Source: Tagaea sp.
GTDB taxonomy: Bacteria > Pseudomonadota > Alphaproteobacteria > CACIAM-22H2
NCBI GenBank assembly: GCA_965279525.1
Contig: CBDIIB010000004.1
Coordinates: 960,001 to 1,024,000 of the forward strand
Length of the DNA: 64,000 nt
Reading direction: 5' to 3'
Shown: piece after piece, positions 51,230 to 60,233 of the stretch
Position numbering within the stretch: position 1 is the stretch's first letter
How the letters are laid out: each line of letters starts with the position of its first letter
Made by a program: the position numbers and the translations under genes
The notes under the pieces: model-generated
The model's input: the letters and a program-made list of their open reading frames with translations, nothing else
Databases searched by the model: none
Told to the model about the DNA's origin: nothing

Positions 51230-54166
51230 ATGACGGCATTGTACCCCGGATTTTCACGCGCGGCTTGGCCCAGGGCGCACGATCCGGCAGCGGTGGCGCG
51301 CGAGCGGGAACGCTGGCTGGAGGCGGCCGGCGACATAACGGACAAGCCCCTTGCCCTATTCGCCCGGAAACTCGCCGCCGGCAAGCCCGGACAGGCCGCA
51401 CTTGCGGCGATTTTCGGCAATTCGCCGCATCTGACGGCACTCGTCCTCGGCGATCCGGAAAACGCGGCACGGCTCCTGTCCGCCGGGCCCGACAAGGCGT
51501 TCGCCGCCGCGATCGGCGAGGCGCGCAAGGCGCTGGGCAAGCCGGTCGAGACCGCCGACATCATGGCCGGCCTGCGCACGATGAAGAAGCGGGCGGCCCT
51601 GGCCATCGCACTTGCCGACATCGCCGGCCTGTGGGACGTGGCCAAGGTGACCGCGGCGATCTCGCAGACGGCCGAGACGGCGCTGGATCTCGCCTGCCGG
51701 CACCTGCTGCGCGAGGCGGCACGGCGCGACGGCCTCGTGCTCGCCGACAAGGCCGCGCCTGAGAAGGGCTCCGGCCTCGTCGTGCTCGGCATGGGCAAGC
51801 TTGGCGCGAACGAGCTCAACTACTCCTCCGACGTCGACATCATCGTGCTCTACGACACCGAGCGCGTGCACGGCATCGATCCCGACGAGATGCAGGCGGT
51901 CTTCGTCAAGCTGGTGCGCAATCTTGTCAAGATCATGGAGCAGCGCACGCCGGACGGCTACGTGTTCCGCACCGACCTGCGCCTGCGCCCGGATCCCGCG
52001 GCAACGCCCATGGCGCTTTCCACGCTCGCGGCCGAGACCTATTACGAAAGCATCGGGCAGAACTGGGAGCGTGCCGCGATGATCAAGGCGCGCGCCGTGG
52101 CCGGCGACCGCGAGGCGGGCGAGCGTTTCATCGCCATCCTGCGCCCGTTCGTCTGGCGCCGGCATCTCGACTTCGCGGCCATCGCCGACATCCACGCGAT
52201 CAAGCGCCAGATCCAGGCCCATCGCGGCGGCGAGGAGATCGCGTTGCACGGCCACAACGTGAAGATCGGCCGCGGCGGCATCCGCGAGATCGAGTTCTAC
52301 GCGCAGACCCAGCAGCTGATCTGGGGCGGGCGGGATCCGGCACTGCGCGCACCCGCCACGATCGCGGCGCTGAAGGCGCTTGCCGCCGCGGGCCGCGCGA
52401 AGGCCGAGGCGGTCGCCGATCTCGAACCCGCCTACGCGTTCCTGCGCACGCTCGAACACCGCCTGCAGATGATCGGCGACGAGCAGACCCAGACGCTGCC
52501 CGAAGACGCGGAAGAATGGGAGCGGCTAGCCGCCTTCATGGGCTTTGCCGACGGCAAGGCATTCGGCACGGAGCTTCGCGCGGTGTTCGAAACGGTCGCG
52601 GACCATTACGCCCGCCTGTTCGAGGAAGCGCCGGCCAAGCCCGGGGCCAGCGGCCTCGTGTTCGTCGGGCTGGAGGACGATCCGGGCACGCTTGCCGCCC
52701 TCGCCCGTCTCGGCTTCAAGGAAGGATCGACCATCGCGGCGGCGGTGCGCGGCTGGCATGCCGGGCGCTATCGCTGCACGCGCTCGCCGCGCGCACGCGA
52801 ACTGCTGGGGGAACTTGCACCGCGAATCGTCGAGGCGTTCGCGCGCACGTCCCAACCCGATGCCGGCTTCGTGCGCTTCGACCGATTCCTCGAAGCGCTG
52901 CCGGCGGGCGTGCAGCTCTTCTCGCTGTTCCAGGCGAACCCCGACCTCGTCGATCTCGCCGCCGAGATCATGGGCACGGCGCCGCATCTGGCGGAGGCGA
53001 TCGCTACGCGCGTCCACCTGCTCGATGCCGTGCTGACACCCGGCTTCTTCGCGCCGCCGCCGGGCAAGGTGGCGCTGATCGCCGATCTCGCGCGCGCCAA
53101 CGAACAGGCGCGCGACTTCCAGGACCGGCTCGACATCGCGCGCCGCTGGCGCCACGAGCACGGCTTCCAGATCGCGGTCCAGCTGCTGCGCCAGGCGCTC
53201 GACACGCCGGCCGCCGGGGCCGCCCTGTCGGACATCGCGGACTGCACGCTCGCGAGCCTGCTCGATTCCTGCCAGGACGAGTTCGCGCGCACGCATGGCC
53301 GCCTGCCGGGCGCCGAGCTTGCGGTCGTCGCACTGGGCAAGCTCGGCGGACGCGAGCTGACCGTCACGTCGGATCTCGACATCGTGCTCGTCTATTCGGT
53401 GCCGGCGAAGCTCGAACAGTCCGACGGCCCCAAGCCGCTGTCGCCCTCGCACTACTACGCGCGCATGGCCAGCCGCTTCGTGACGGCGCTGAGTGCGGCC
53501 ACCGCCGAGGGCTCGCTTTACGAGATGGACCTGCGCCTGCGCCCGCAGGGTGCGAAGGGCCCGCTCGCATCCGAGATCGCCGGCTTCGCGGCCTACGCGA
53601 CCGGCGAAGCCTGGACGTGGGAGCACATGGCGCTGACGCGCGCGCGCGTGGTGTGCGGCGGGGCGAAGGTCTCGGCCGCCGCGATGGCGGCGATCGGCCA
53701 GGCGCTGGCGAAGAAGCGGGAGCCTGCGAAGCTTGCCGCCGAGATCGCCGACATGCGCCTGCGCATGGCCGGCGAGCGCAAGGCCGGCTCGGTCTGGCAG
53801 ATCAAGGACTGGCGCGGCGGGCTGGTCGACGTGGAGTTCCTCGTCCAGCACGCGATCCTGCGCCACCCGGCACAGGCCGCCGCCAACACCGCCGAAGCGA
53901 TCGCGAAGCTTGGCGCCGCCAAGGCCTTCACGAAGGACGAGGCGGCCACGCTGTCGGCCGCGCACGCGCTCTATTCGGCCGTCCAGGCGCTGCTGCGCCT
54001 CACGGTCGACGACACGTTCGACGCGGCGGCAGCCCCCGAAGCGCTCCGGGCCCTGCTCGTGCGCGCGACAGGCACTGTTGACTTTTCCGACCTGGAGGCC
54101 AAGTTGGAGACATCCGCCGCCGCGGTCCGCGCGTTGCTCGAAAAGCGCCTGCCCGGCGCGCTCTGA
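51230..54166 (+). CDS. glnE: Glutamine synthetase adenylyltransferase
   Basis: Two NT domains: MGKLGANELNYSSDVD and LGKLGGRELTVTSDLD, DLRLRP twice, GGIREIEF. Confidence 0.96.
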   Translation: MTALYPGFSRAAWPRAHDPAAVARERERWLEAAGDITDKPLALFARKLAAGKPGQAALAAIFGNSPHLTALVLGDPENAARLLSAGPDKAFAAAIGEARKALGKPVETADIMAGLRTMKKRAALAIALADIAGLWDVAKVTAAISQTAETALDLACRHLLREAARRDGLVLADKAAPEKGSGLVVLGMGKLGANELNYSSDVDIIVLYDTERVHGIDPDEMQAVFVKLVRNLVKIMEQRTPDGYVFRTDLRLRPDPAATPMALSTLAAETYYESIGQNWERAAMIKARAVAGDREAGERFIAILRPFVWRRHLDFAAIADIHAIKRQIQAHRGGEEIALHGHNVKIGRGGIREIEFYAQTQQLIWGGRDPALRAPATIAALKALAAAGRAKAEAVADLEPAYAFLRTLEHRLQMIGDEQTQTLPEDAEEWERLAAFMGFADGKAFGTELRAVFETVADHYARLFEEAPAKPGASGLVFVGLEDDPGTLAALARLGFKEGSTIAAAVRGWHAGRYRCTRSPRARELLGELAPRIVEAFARTSQPDAGFVRFDRFLEALPAGVQLFSLFQANPDLVDLAAEIMGTAPHLAEAIATRVHLLDAVLTPGFFAPPPGKVALIADLARANEQARDFQDRLDIARRWRHEHGFQIAVQLLRQALDTPAAGAALSDIADCTLASLLDSCQDEFARTHGRLPGAELAVVALGKLGGRELTVTSDLDIVLVYSVPAKLEQSDGPKPLSPSHYYARMASRFVTALSAATAEGSLYEMDLRLRPQGAKGPLASEIAGFAAYATGEAWTWEHMALTRARVVCGGAKVSAAAMAAIGQALAKKREPAKLAAEIADMRLRMAGERKAGSVWQIKDWRGGLVDVEFLVQHAILRHPAQAAANTAEAIAKLGAAKAFTKDEAATLSAAHALYSAVQALLRLTVDDTFDAAAAPEALRALLVRATGTVDFSDLEAKLETSAAAVRALLEKRLPGAL

Positions 54167-54185
54167 AACAGGGAGTTATCCGACG

Positions 54186-54752
54186 ATGGCCGCCAAGACG
54201 AAGTCCGCCCCGAAGAAAGTTGCCCCGAAAAAAGTTGCCCCGAAGAAAGTCGCCGCGAAGAAGCCTGCCGCGCCCGCCGCCGCCATGCGTGGCCCGAAGA
54301 TCGGCACCAAGGCGCCCGATTTCAGCATGGCCACGGCTGGCGGCGGTGCCGTGCAGCTCTCGAAGCTCAAGGGCAAGACCGTGATCGTCTATTTCTATCC
54401 CAAGGACGACACGCCGGGCTGCACGAAGGAGGCCTGCGGCTTCAACGAGATGCTCGCCCAGTTCCGCAAGGTGGATGCCGAGATCGTCGGCATCTCGCGC
54501 GACCCGATGAAGAGCCACGACAAGTTCGCGGTCAAATACGGCCTCAAGTTCCATCTCGCGTCCGACGAGGACGGCAAGGCGTCCACCGCCTACGACACGT
54601 GGATCGAGAAGAGCATGTACGGGCGCAAATACATGGGCCTCGAACGCTCGACCTACCTCGTCGACAAGACCGGGATCATCCGCGCGGTCTGGCGCCCGGT
54701 CTCGGTCACCGGCCATGTCGAGGAAGTGTTGGCGGCCGCAAAGGCGCTGTAA
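54186..54752 (+). CDS. bcp: Peroxiredoxin Bcp with Lys-rich N-terminal repeat extension
   Basis: YFYPKDDTPGCTKEAC, KSMYGRKYMG.ERST. Confidence 0.93.
   Translation: MAAKTKSAPKKVAPKKVAPKKVAAKKPAAPAAAMRGPKIGTKAPDFSMATAGGGAVQLSKLKGKTVIVYFYPKDDTPGCTKEACGFNEMLAQFRKVDAEIVGISRDPMKSHDKFAVKYGLKFHLASDEDGKASTAYDTWIEKSMYGRKYMGLERSTYLVDKTGIIRAVWRPVSVTGHVEEVLAAAKAL
54207..54263 (+). repeat. 15-bp in-frame tandem repeat (APKKV)x3 plus partial
   Basis: GCCCCGAAGAAAGTT GCCCCGAAAAAAGTT GCCCCGAAGAAAGTC GCCGCGAAGAAG. Confidence 0.9.
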
Positions 54753-54887
54753 GCGCCCGGCGGGGCACGCAATACAGGCTTGCGAAATTTCGGCGCAGAT
54801 GTCCTACAATCGTTGGTAAGTTACCGACGAACGACGTAGGCCCCCCGCCATGCAACCTCCCGTGCCATCCCGCCCGGACCGCCGCCG

Positions 54888-55649
54888 ATGAACGGCGTCC
54901 TCGCCCTTGTCGGCATCGACAGCGACCTGCTGCTCGAGCTTTCGAACGCGACGCAGAAATCCGGCTTGCGGATCCTGTCGGTGCGCGACCTGCCGGGTCT
55001 CGTCGGCGGGTTCCGCCCCGACCAGATCGCCATCGTCGCGGTCGATCTCGACAAGCTCTCGAATTCCGACCGTATCCTGATCGACCGGCTCGCCGACGAT
55101 CCGGCAGGCCCCGGCATCGTGGCGATCGGCATGCCCGCTCCCGACCGCAACAGGATCCCGGCCGCGGCGCGCCGCTACGGCGTGCACGCCTTCGTGCCCA
55201 AGCCCGTCGACCCGACCGGCTTCGCAAGCGCCGTGGGTTCGCTGCGCGAGCTTGGCTATGGCACGCAAGACCGGCCCCGGCGCGTGCTGCTGATCGACGA
55301 CAGCCGGACGATCCGCGCGATGGTCGGTGGCTTCCTCAAGCGCGGCGGCTACCACACCGTCGTGCGCGACGTGTGGGAAGACGCGATCGACGATCCCGAG
55401 ACACTGGGTGTGGATCTCGTCGTGACCGACATCTTCATGCCCGGCATGGGCGGCGTGGAGGGGATCAAGCACGTGCGCGAACACTGGCGCCAGGTGCCCG
55501 TGCTCGCGATGTCGGCCGGCCTCGAGGACCAGATGTCGCCGGGCACCACGCTGCGCGCCGCCGAAATCGTGGGCGCCGACGTGTCGATCGCCAAGCCGAT
55601 CGTCGAGGGCCTGTTCATGTCCGCCGTGCGCGAGCTGCTCGCGGATTGA
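54888..55649 (+). CDS. Response regulator with degenerate N-terminal and intact C-terminal receiver domains
   Basis: LIDDS, TDIFMPGMGG, MSA, AKP; first half has receiver-like VDL and VPKPVD. Confidence 0.8.
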   Translation: MNGVLALVGIDSDLLLELSNATQKSGLRILSVRDLPGLVGGFRPDQIAIVAVDLDKLSNSDRILIDRLADDPAGPGIVAIGMPAPDRNRIPAAARRYGVHAFVPKPVDPTGFASAVGSLRELGYGTQDRPRRVLLIDDSRTIRAMVGGFLKRGGYHTVVRDVWEDAIDDPETLGVDLVVTDIFMPGMGGVEGIKHVREHWRQVPVLAMSAGLEDQMSPGTTLRAAEIVGADVSIAKPIVEGLFMSAVRELLAD

Positions 55650-55728
55650 TCGGGGCGCAAGAACCGGGTGGGTTCGCGCCCGCCGCCACGCCATGTTCGC
55701 CTCATCGTCCATCCACGAGGAGTCGAAC

Positions 55729-56196
55729 ATGGATTTCCGCATCCGGGGACTTTCGCCCGAACCTTTCGCACCGCTCTACGGCCTAGCCGACGCCGAACTG
55801 GCCGCGCGCGGAATCGTGCGCCATGTCGCGGATTCCTGCCCCGGCTTTCCCGACCGCGTGGAACTGCGCGATGCCGAGCCCGGCGAAAGCCTGCTGCTGC
55901 TGAATTACGAGCACCAGCCGGCCAACTCGCCCTACCGCTCGTCGCACGCGATCTTCGTGCGCGAGGGGGCCACGCGGGCGTTCGACCGGGTCAACGAGAT
56001 CCCGCCCGTCATGCGCCCGCGCCTGCTGTCGCTGCGCGCCTTCGACAAGCACGGCATGATCGTCGACGCCGACCTTGCCGACGGCAAGACGGTCGAACCG
56101 GTCATCGAGCGGCTGCTCGCCGACGGCCGCGTCGAATATCTCCACGCCCACTACGCCAAGTTCGGCTGCTTCTCGGCGCGCATCGAGCGGGCATGA
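55729..56196 (+). CDS. DUF1203 domain protein
   Basis: GFPDRVELRDAEPGE.LLLLNYEHQP..SPY....AIFV, YLHAHYAKFGCF. Confidence 0.85.
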   Translation: MDFRIRGLSPEPFAPLYGLADAELAARGIVRHVADSCPGFPDRVELRDAEPGESLLLLNYEHQPANSPYRSSHAIFVREGATRAFDRVNEIPPVMRPRLLSLRAFDKHGMIVDADLADGKTVEPVIERLLADGRVEYLHAHYAKFGCFSARIERA

Positions 56197-56221
56197 CGGG
56201 AAAATATGTGGGTTTCTATTC

Positions 56222-56279
56222 TTGACAACCGGAACGAGTTCTTGTAATTCAGCACACGGTTGCGGCGTGCTGTTTGACA
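56222..56279 (+). promoter_or_regulatory. Sigma70-like promoter followed by hairpin and boxA-like motif, no downstream + strand gene
   Basis: TTGACA-N17-TAATTC, CAGCAC/GTGCTG hairpin, TGCTGTTTGACA (cf. boxA TGCTCTTTAACA). Confidence 0.5.
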
Positions 56280-56542
56280 GTGTGAATATGGATGCCCGGC
56301 AACGTCCCTGAAGGTACGAAGCGGGCGCTTGGCCTGATGAGTATCGCCGCAAAAATCGCGAGACAGATGCGTGTTACGTCGCATGTCTCCTGGCTTTTGG
56401 GCGATTTCAAATGGTTGGACAGGAGACGGTAACATCCCGTCTCCTCCCGTCACGCAAAGTCTGCTGCCGCAAAGTTTGGTTGACGGGATTTTATTTCCGT
56501 CGCCCGTCAACCGGCTATCGTGCGTTTCCAAGACGTTAGGCA

Positions 56543-56597
56543 GTTGACGGTCAACGCCCGTCAACACGCCGTCAACGCCCGTCAACACGCCGTCAAC
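56543..56597. repeat. Phased GTCAAC repeat array abutting prfB stop
   Basis: GTCAAC at 56550, 56560, 56571, 56581, 56592 (10/11/10/11 spacing; 21-bp unit x2) plus inverted GTTGAC at 56543. Confidence 0.9.
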
Positions 56598-57725
56598 TAG
56601 GCCAGATCCTCGACCTTGCTCGTCCCGCCTTTGAGACGCGAGGCGAGCGAGGCTTCGAGGAAGCGGTCGATGTCGCCGTCGAGCACGCCCTTGGTGTCCG
56701 ACGTTTCGGCACCCGTGCGCAGATCCTTGATCATCTGGTAGGGCTGCAGCACGTAGGAGCGGATCTGGTGTCCCCAGCCGATCTCGCTCTTGGCTTCGTG
56801 CGTGGCAAGGGCCGCGGCCTCGCGCTTGCGCAGTTCGGCCTCGTACATGCGCGCGCGCAGCATCTTCCAAGCGCGGTCGCGGTTCTTGTGCTGCGAGCGT
56901 TCGGTCTGGCACGCGACGACCGTGTTGGTCGGCACGTGCGTCAGGCGCACGGCGGACTCGGTCTTGTTGACGTGCTGGCCGCCCGCCCCCGACGCGCGAT
57001 AGACGTCGACGCGCACGTCCTCTTCCTTGATGTCGATCTGGATGTCGTCCTCGATGTCGGGATAGACCCAGGCCGACGCGAAGCTCGTCTGCCGGCGCGC
57101 GTTGGAATCGAACGGCGAGATGCGCACGAGCCGGTGCACGCCCGTCTCGGTCTTGAGCCAGCCATAGGCGTTCTCGCCGGCAATGCGGATCGTCGCCGAC
57201 TTGATGCCCGCCTCGTCGCCGGGGCTCTCTTCCTGGTACTCGGTCTTGAAGCCGCGCTTCTCCGCCCAGCGCATGTACATGCGCGCGAGCATCTCGGCCC
57301 AATCCTGCGCCTCGGTGCCGCCGGCACCGGCGTTGATCTGCAGGAACGCGTCGTTGGCGTCGGCCTCGCCCGAGAGCAGCGCTTCGAGCCCGCGCTTCTC
57401 GGCTTCGGCCTTCAGGTCCACCAGCTGCTTCTCGGCATCGGCGAGCACGGCTGCGTCGTTCTCGGCCTCAGCCAGTTCGATCATGCCGATCGAATCGTCG
57501 AGCTTGGCGGTCATGTCCTTGACCGCGGCGATGGCGGTCTCGAGCTGCTTGCGTTCGCGCAGCAGGGCCTGCGCCTTCTTCGCGTCATTCCACAGCGACG
57601 GGTCTTCGGAAAGCGTGTTGAGCTCTTCCAGCCGCCTCAGAGCGCGGTCCCAGTCAAAGAAACCTCCTCAGCAGCACCAGCGACTGCTTGATTTCTTCGG
57701 CAACGGCGGCGATTTCGGCGCGCAT
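56597..57725 (-). CDS. prfB: Peptide chain release factor 2 (programmed +1 frameshift)
   Basis: MRAEI...LRRFL CTT TGA C then DWD...; SPF tripeptide, GAGGQHVN. Confidence 0.97.
57653..57668 (-). promoter_or_regulatory. RF2 +1 frameshift cassette
   Basis: AGGAGG-TTT-CTT-TGA-C on minus strand. Confidence 0.95.
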
Positions 57726-57835
57726 GTCTGTCCACTCCGGTTTTCGTGAAGGTGGCTATACGAAGGACCGGCGCGCTTGGCAAGGGGGGCGGCTCTGTGG
57801 TTCCCTTGGATCAACAAATCCTGAGGAAATGCCCC

Positions 57836-59197
57836 ATGAATCTCGCCACCAAGCTCGCCGCGCGCGCGGCCGAGGGCCGCCCCGTCACCGTCGGCCTGAT
57901 CGGGGCCGGCAAGTTCGGCACGATGTTCCTGGCCCAGGCGCGCAAGACCGTGGGGCTGCATGTCGTGGGCATCGCCGATCTCTCCATCCCCCGGGCGCGT
58001 GCGGCATTGGCAAGCTGCGGCTGGGAAGCCGAGCGCGTTTCGGCAAAGTCCCTTGGCGATGCCGTCGACACGAAACGCACCTACGTGACCGACGATGCCG
58101 ATAGCCTCATCGCGCACCCGGGCATCGAGGTGATCGTGGAAGCCACCGGCGATCCGCGTGCGGGCATCCGCTTCTGTCTGCGCAGCATCGATGCCGGCAA
58201 GCACATCGTGATGGTGAACGTCGAGGCCGACGTGGTGGCGGGGCCGCTGCTTGCCGCGCGCGCCCGCGAGAAGGGCGTCGTCTATTCGCTCGCCTACGGC
58301 GACCAGCCGGCCCTGATCTGCGAGCAGGTCGACTGGGCGCGCGCCTGCGGCTTCGAGGTGGTGTCGGCCGGCAAGGGGACGCGCTACCATCCCGACTTCC
58401 ACCGCTCCACGCCGGAAACAGTATGGACCAATTTCGGGATCGCCCCCGAAATGGCCGTCAAGGGCGGCATGAACCCGAAGATGTTCAACAGCTTCATCGA
58501 CGGCTCGAAATCCGGCATCGAGATGACGGCCGTTTCGAACGCGACGGGCCTGCTGGCGCAGAGCGACGGTCTCGCCTTCCCGCCCTGCCCGGCTCCCGAG
58601 CTCGCCAGGGTGTGCAAGCCGCGCGACAAGGGCGGCGTGCTGGAGCGCAGAGGCACGGTCGAGGTCGTGTCGTCGCTGAACCGCGACATGACGCCGGTGC
58701 CCAACCACCTGCAATGGGGCACCTACGTGGTCGTCGCGGCCGACCACGAATATGTGCGCCGCTGTGCGGCCGAATACTGCATGCTGCCCGACGAGACCTG
58801 CGAGCACATGGCGCTCTACCGGCCGATCCACATGATCGGGCTCGAGATCGGCATTTCGGTTGCCAGTGCTGCCCTTCGCGGCGAGGCGACGGGTGCGCCG
58901 ATCGCGTTCCATTCCGACGTGGCTGCCACGGCCAAGCGCGCGCTCAAGAAGGGCGAGGTTCTCGACGGCGAAGGCGGCTATTGCGTGTGGGGCAAGCAGG
59001 TGCCGGCCGATGCTTCGCTCGCCAAGGGCTATCTGCCGCTGGGGCTCGCCAGCCACGTCACGCTGAAGCACGACATCGCCGAAGGCGGCCTCGTGCGCTG
59101 GGAAGATGTCGACTACGACGCGTCCGACGCCGCCGTGCGCGTGCGCCGCGAAATGGAAGCGGCCTTCGCGCGGCCCAACAGCCGGGCCGCCGACTAG
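57836..59197 (+). CDS. NAD(P)-dependent oxidoreductase, homoserine dehydrogenase-like with C-terminal SAF domain
   Basis: GAGKFG, NVEAD, GDQP, DGSKS.IEM, YRPIH, LDGEGGY. Confidence 0.85.
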   Translation: MNLATKLAARAAEGRPVTVGLIGAGKFGTMFLAQARKTVGLHVVGIADLSIPRARAALASCGWEAERVSAKSLGDAVDTKRTYVTDDADSLIAHPGIEVIVEATGDPRAGIRFCLRSIDAGKHIVMVNVEADVVAGPLLAARAREKGVVYSLAYGDQPALICEQVDWARACGFEVVSAGKGTRYHPDFHRSTPETVWTNFGIAPEMAVKGGMNPKMFNSFIDGSKSGIEMTAVSNATGLLAQSDGLAFPPCPAPELARVCKPRDKGGVLERRGTVEVVSSLNRDMTPVPNHLQWGTYVVVAADHEYVRRCAAEYCMLPDETCEHMALYRPIHMIGLEIGISVASAALRGEATGAPIAFHSDVAATAKRALKKGEVLDGEGGYCVWGKQVPADASLAKGYLPLGLASHVTLKHDIAEGGLVRWEDVDYDASDAAVRVRREMEAAFARPNSRAAD

Positions 59198-60231
59198 GCG
59201 GCGGGCGCGGTCTTCAGGTCGAACAGCACGACCGTGCCGTCCTCGCCGCCGGCGGCCACGCGCCAGCCGTCGGACGAGAACGCGACCGCACGCAGCGGCG
59301 TGCCGTTGTCCTCGTCGGACTCGCGAAGGACCAGCTCGCGCTTGCCTTCGAGATCGCCGAGCCGCACGCCGCCCTTGTCGAAGCCGCCGACGAGGAACGG
59401 CGCCGACGGATGGCCGGCGATGCCGGTCATCAACGCGCCATCGCCGAAGCCGAACTCCAGCGGTGGCTGGCCTTCGGGCCCCTTGCCCGAGAAGTCCCAC
59501 GCGACGAAACAGTCGGCGGCATCGGACAGCAGCCAGCGCGAATCCGGCGTCCAGACGAGCTGGCGGATCTTCGTGCGATAGCCCGCCATCTGCATGTCCT
59601 GCCCGCTGGAGAGGCGCCAGACATGGATCGCGTTGTCCTGCGTGGTCGTTGCAAGGAAGCGGCCGTTGGGCGAATAGCGCACATGGATGTGGCTGCCCTT
59701 CCACACCAGCGTGCGCGCCTTGTCCTTGGGCTTGGCGACCTGCCACACCGACACGCCGCCATAGTGCGCGGCCGTCAGCCGGCTGCCGTCGGGGCTGAAA
59801 TCGAGAGCGGCCACGGCACTGGGATGGGGTGCCAGTGTTGCCGGTTCGGCCGCACCCTTGACCCACAGCTTGGCTTCCTTGCCCACGCCGCACGCGAACG
59901 AACCCGTCGCGTGCACGGCAAGCACGTCGATCCAGCGCCCCTGGAACTTCGCGATCTCGGTGACGGTTCCATCGCGCGCGGTGCGCACGAGCCTGCCGTC
60001 GTCGCCGCCCGACAGGAACGACACGCCGTCGGGATGCGGAGCGAACGACAGGATGGCGCCGCCGTGCGCCTTGGCGACGATCGCCGAAGCTTCGCCCGCG
60101 ACGGGCATCAGATGCACGTCGCCGGCACCCGTGGCGACGGCCATCGTCTCGCCGTCGTTCGTGAAGGCGATGCCGCCGACATAGGCGCCGAGTGCCCAGT
60201 CGCGCACGCGCGGCTGCTTGACGTCCGACAT
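59194..60231 (-). CDS. WD40 repeat protein
   Basis: Repeated FSPDG/SGGDDG/H-x-W blades; downstream of CobW. Confidence 0.85.
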   Translation of the reverse strand: MSDVKQPRVRDWALGAYVGGIAFTNDGETMAVATGAGDVHLMPVAGEASAIVAKAHGGAILSFAPHPDGVSFLSGGDDGRLVRTARDGTVTEIAKFQGRWIDVLAVHATGSFACGVGKEAKLWVKGAAEPATLAPHPSAVAALDFSPDGSRLTAAHYGGVSVWQVAKPKDKARTLVWKGSHIHVRYSPNGRFLATTTQDNAIHVWRLSSGQDMQMAGYRTKIRQLVWTPDSRWLLSDAADCFVAWDFSGKGPEGQPPLEFGFGDGALMTGIAGHPSAPFLVGGFDKGGVRLGDLEGKRELVLRESDEDNGTPLRAVAFSSDGWRVAAGGEDGTVVLFDLKTAPAA

Positions 60232-60233
60232 GC

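Noticed and set aside
56326-56395. Hammerhead ribozyme (CTGATGAG...CGAGAC...GTC)
   Set aside because: Core GAAA is GAGA, stem II is poor and no stem I pairing is evident; at most a degenerate relic
56543-56597. CRISPR array
   Set aside because: Units are 10-11 bp without unique spacers; no cas genes
56597-57725. prfB pseudogene
   Set aside because: Internal stop is the canonical programmed frameshift
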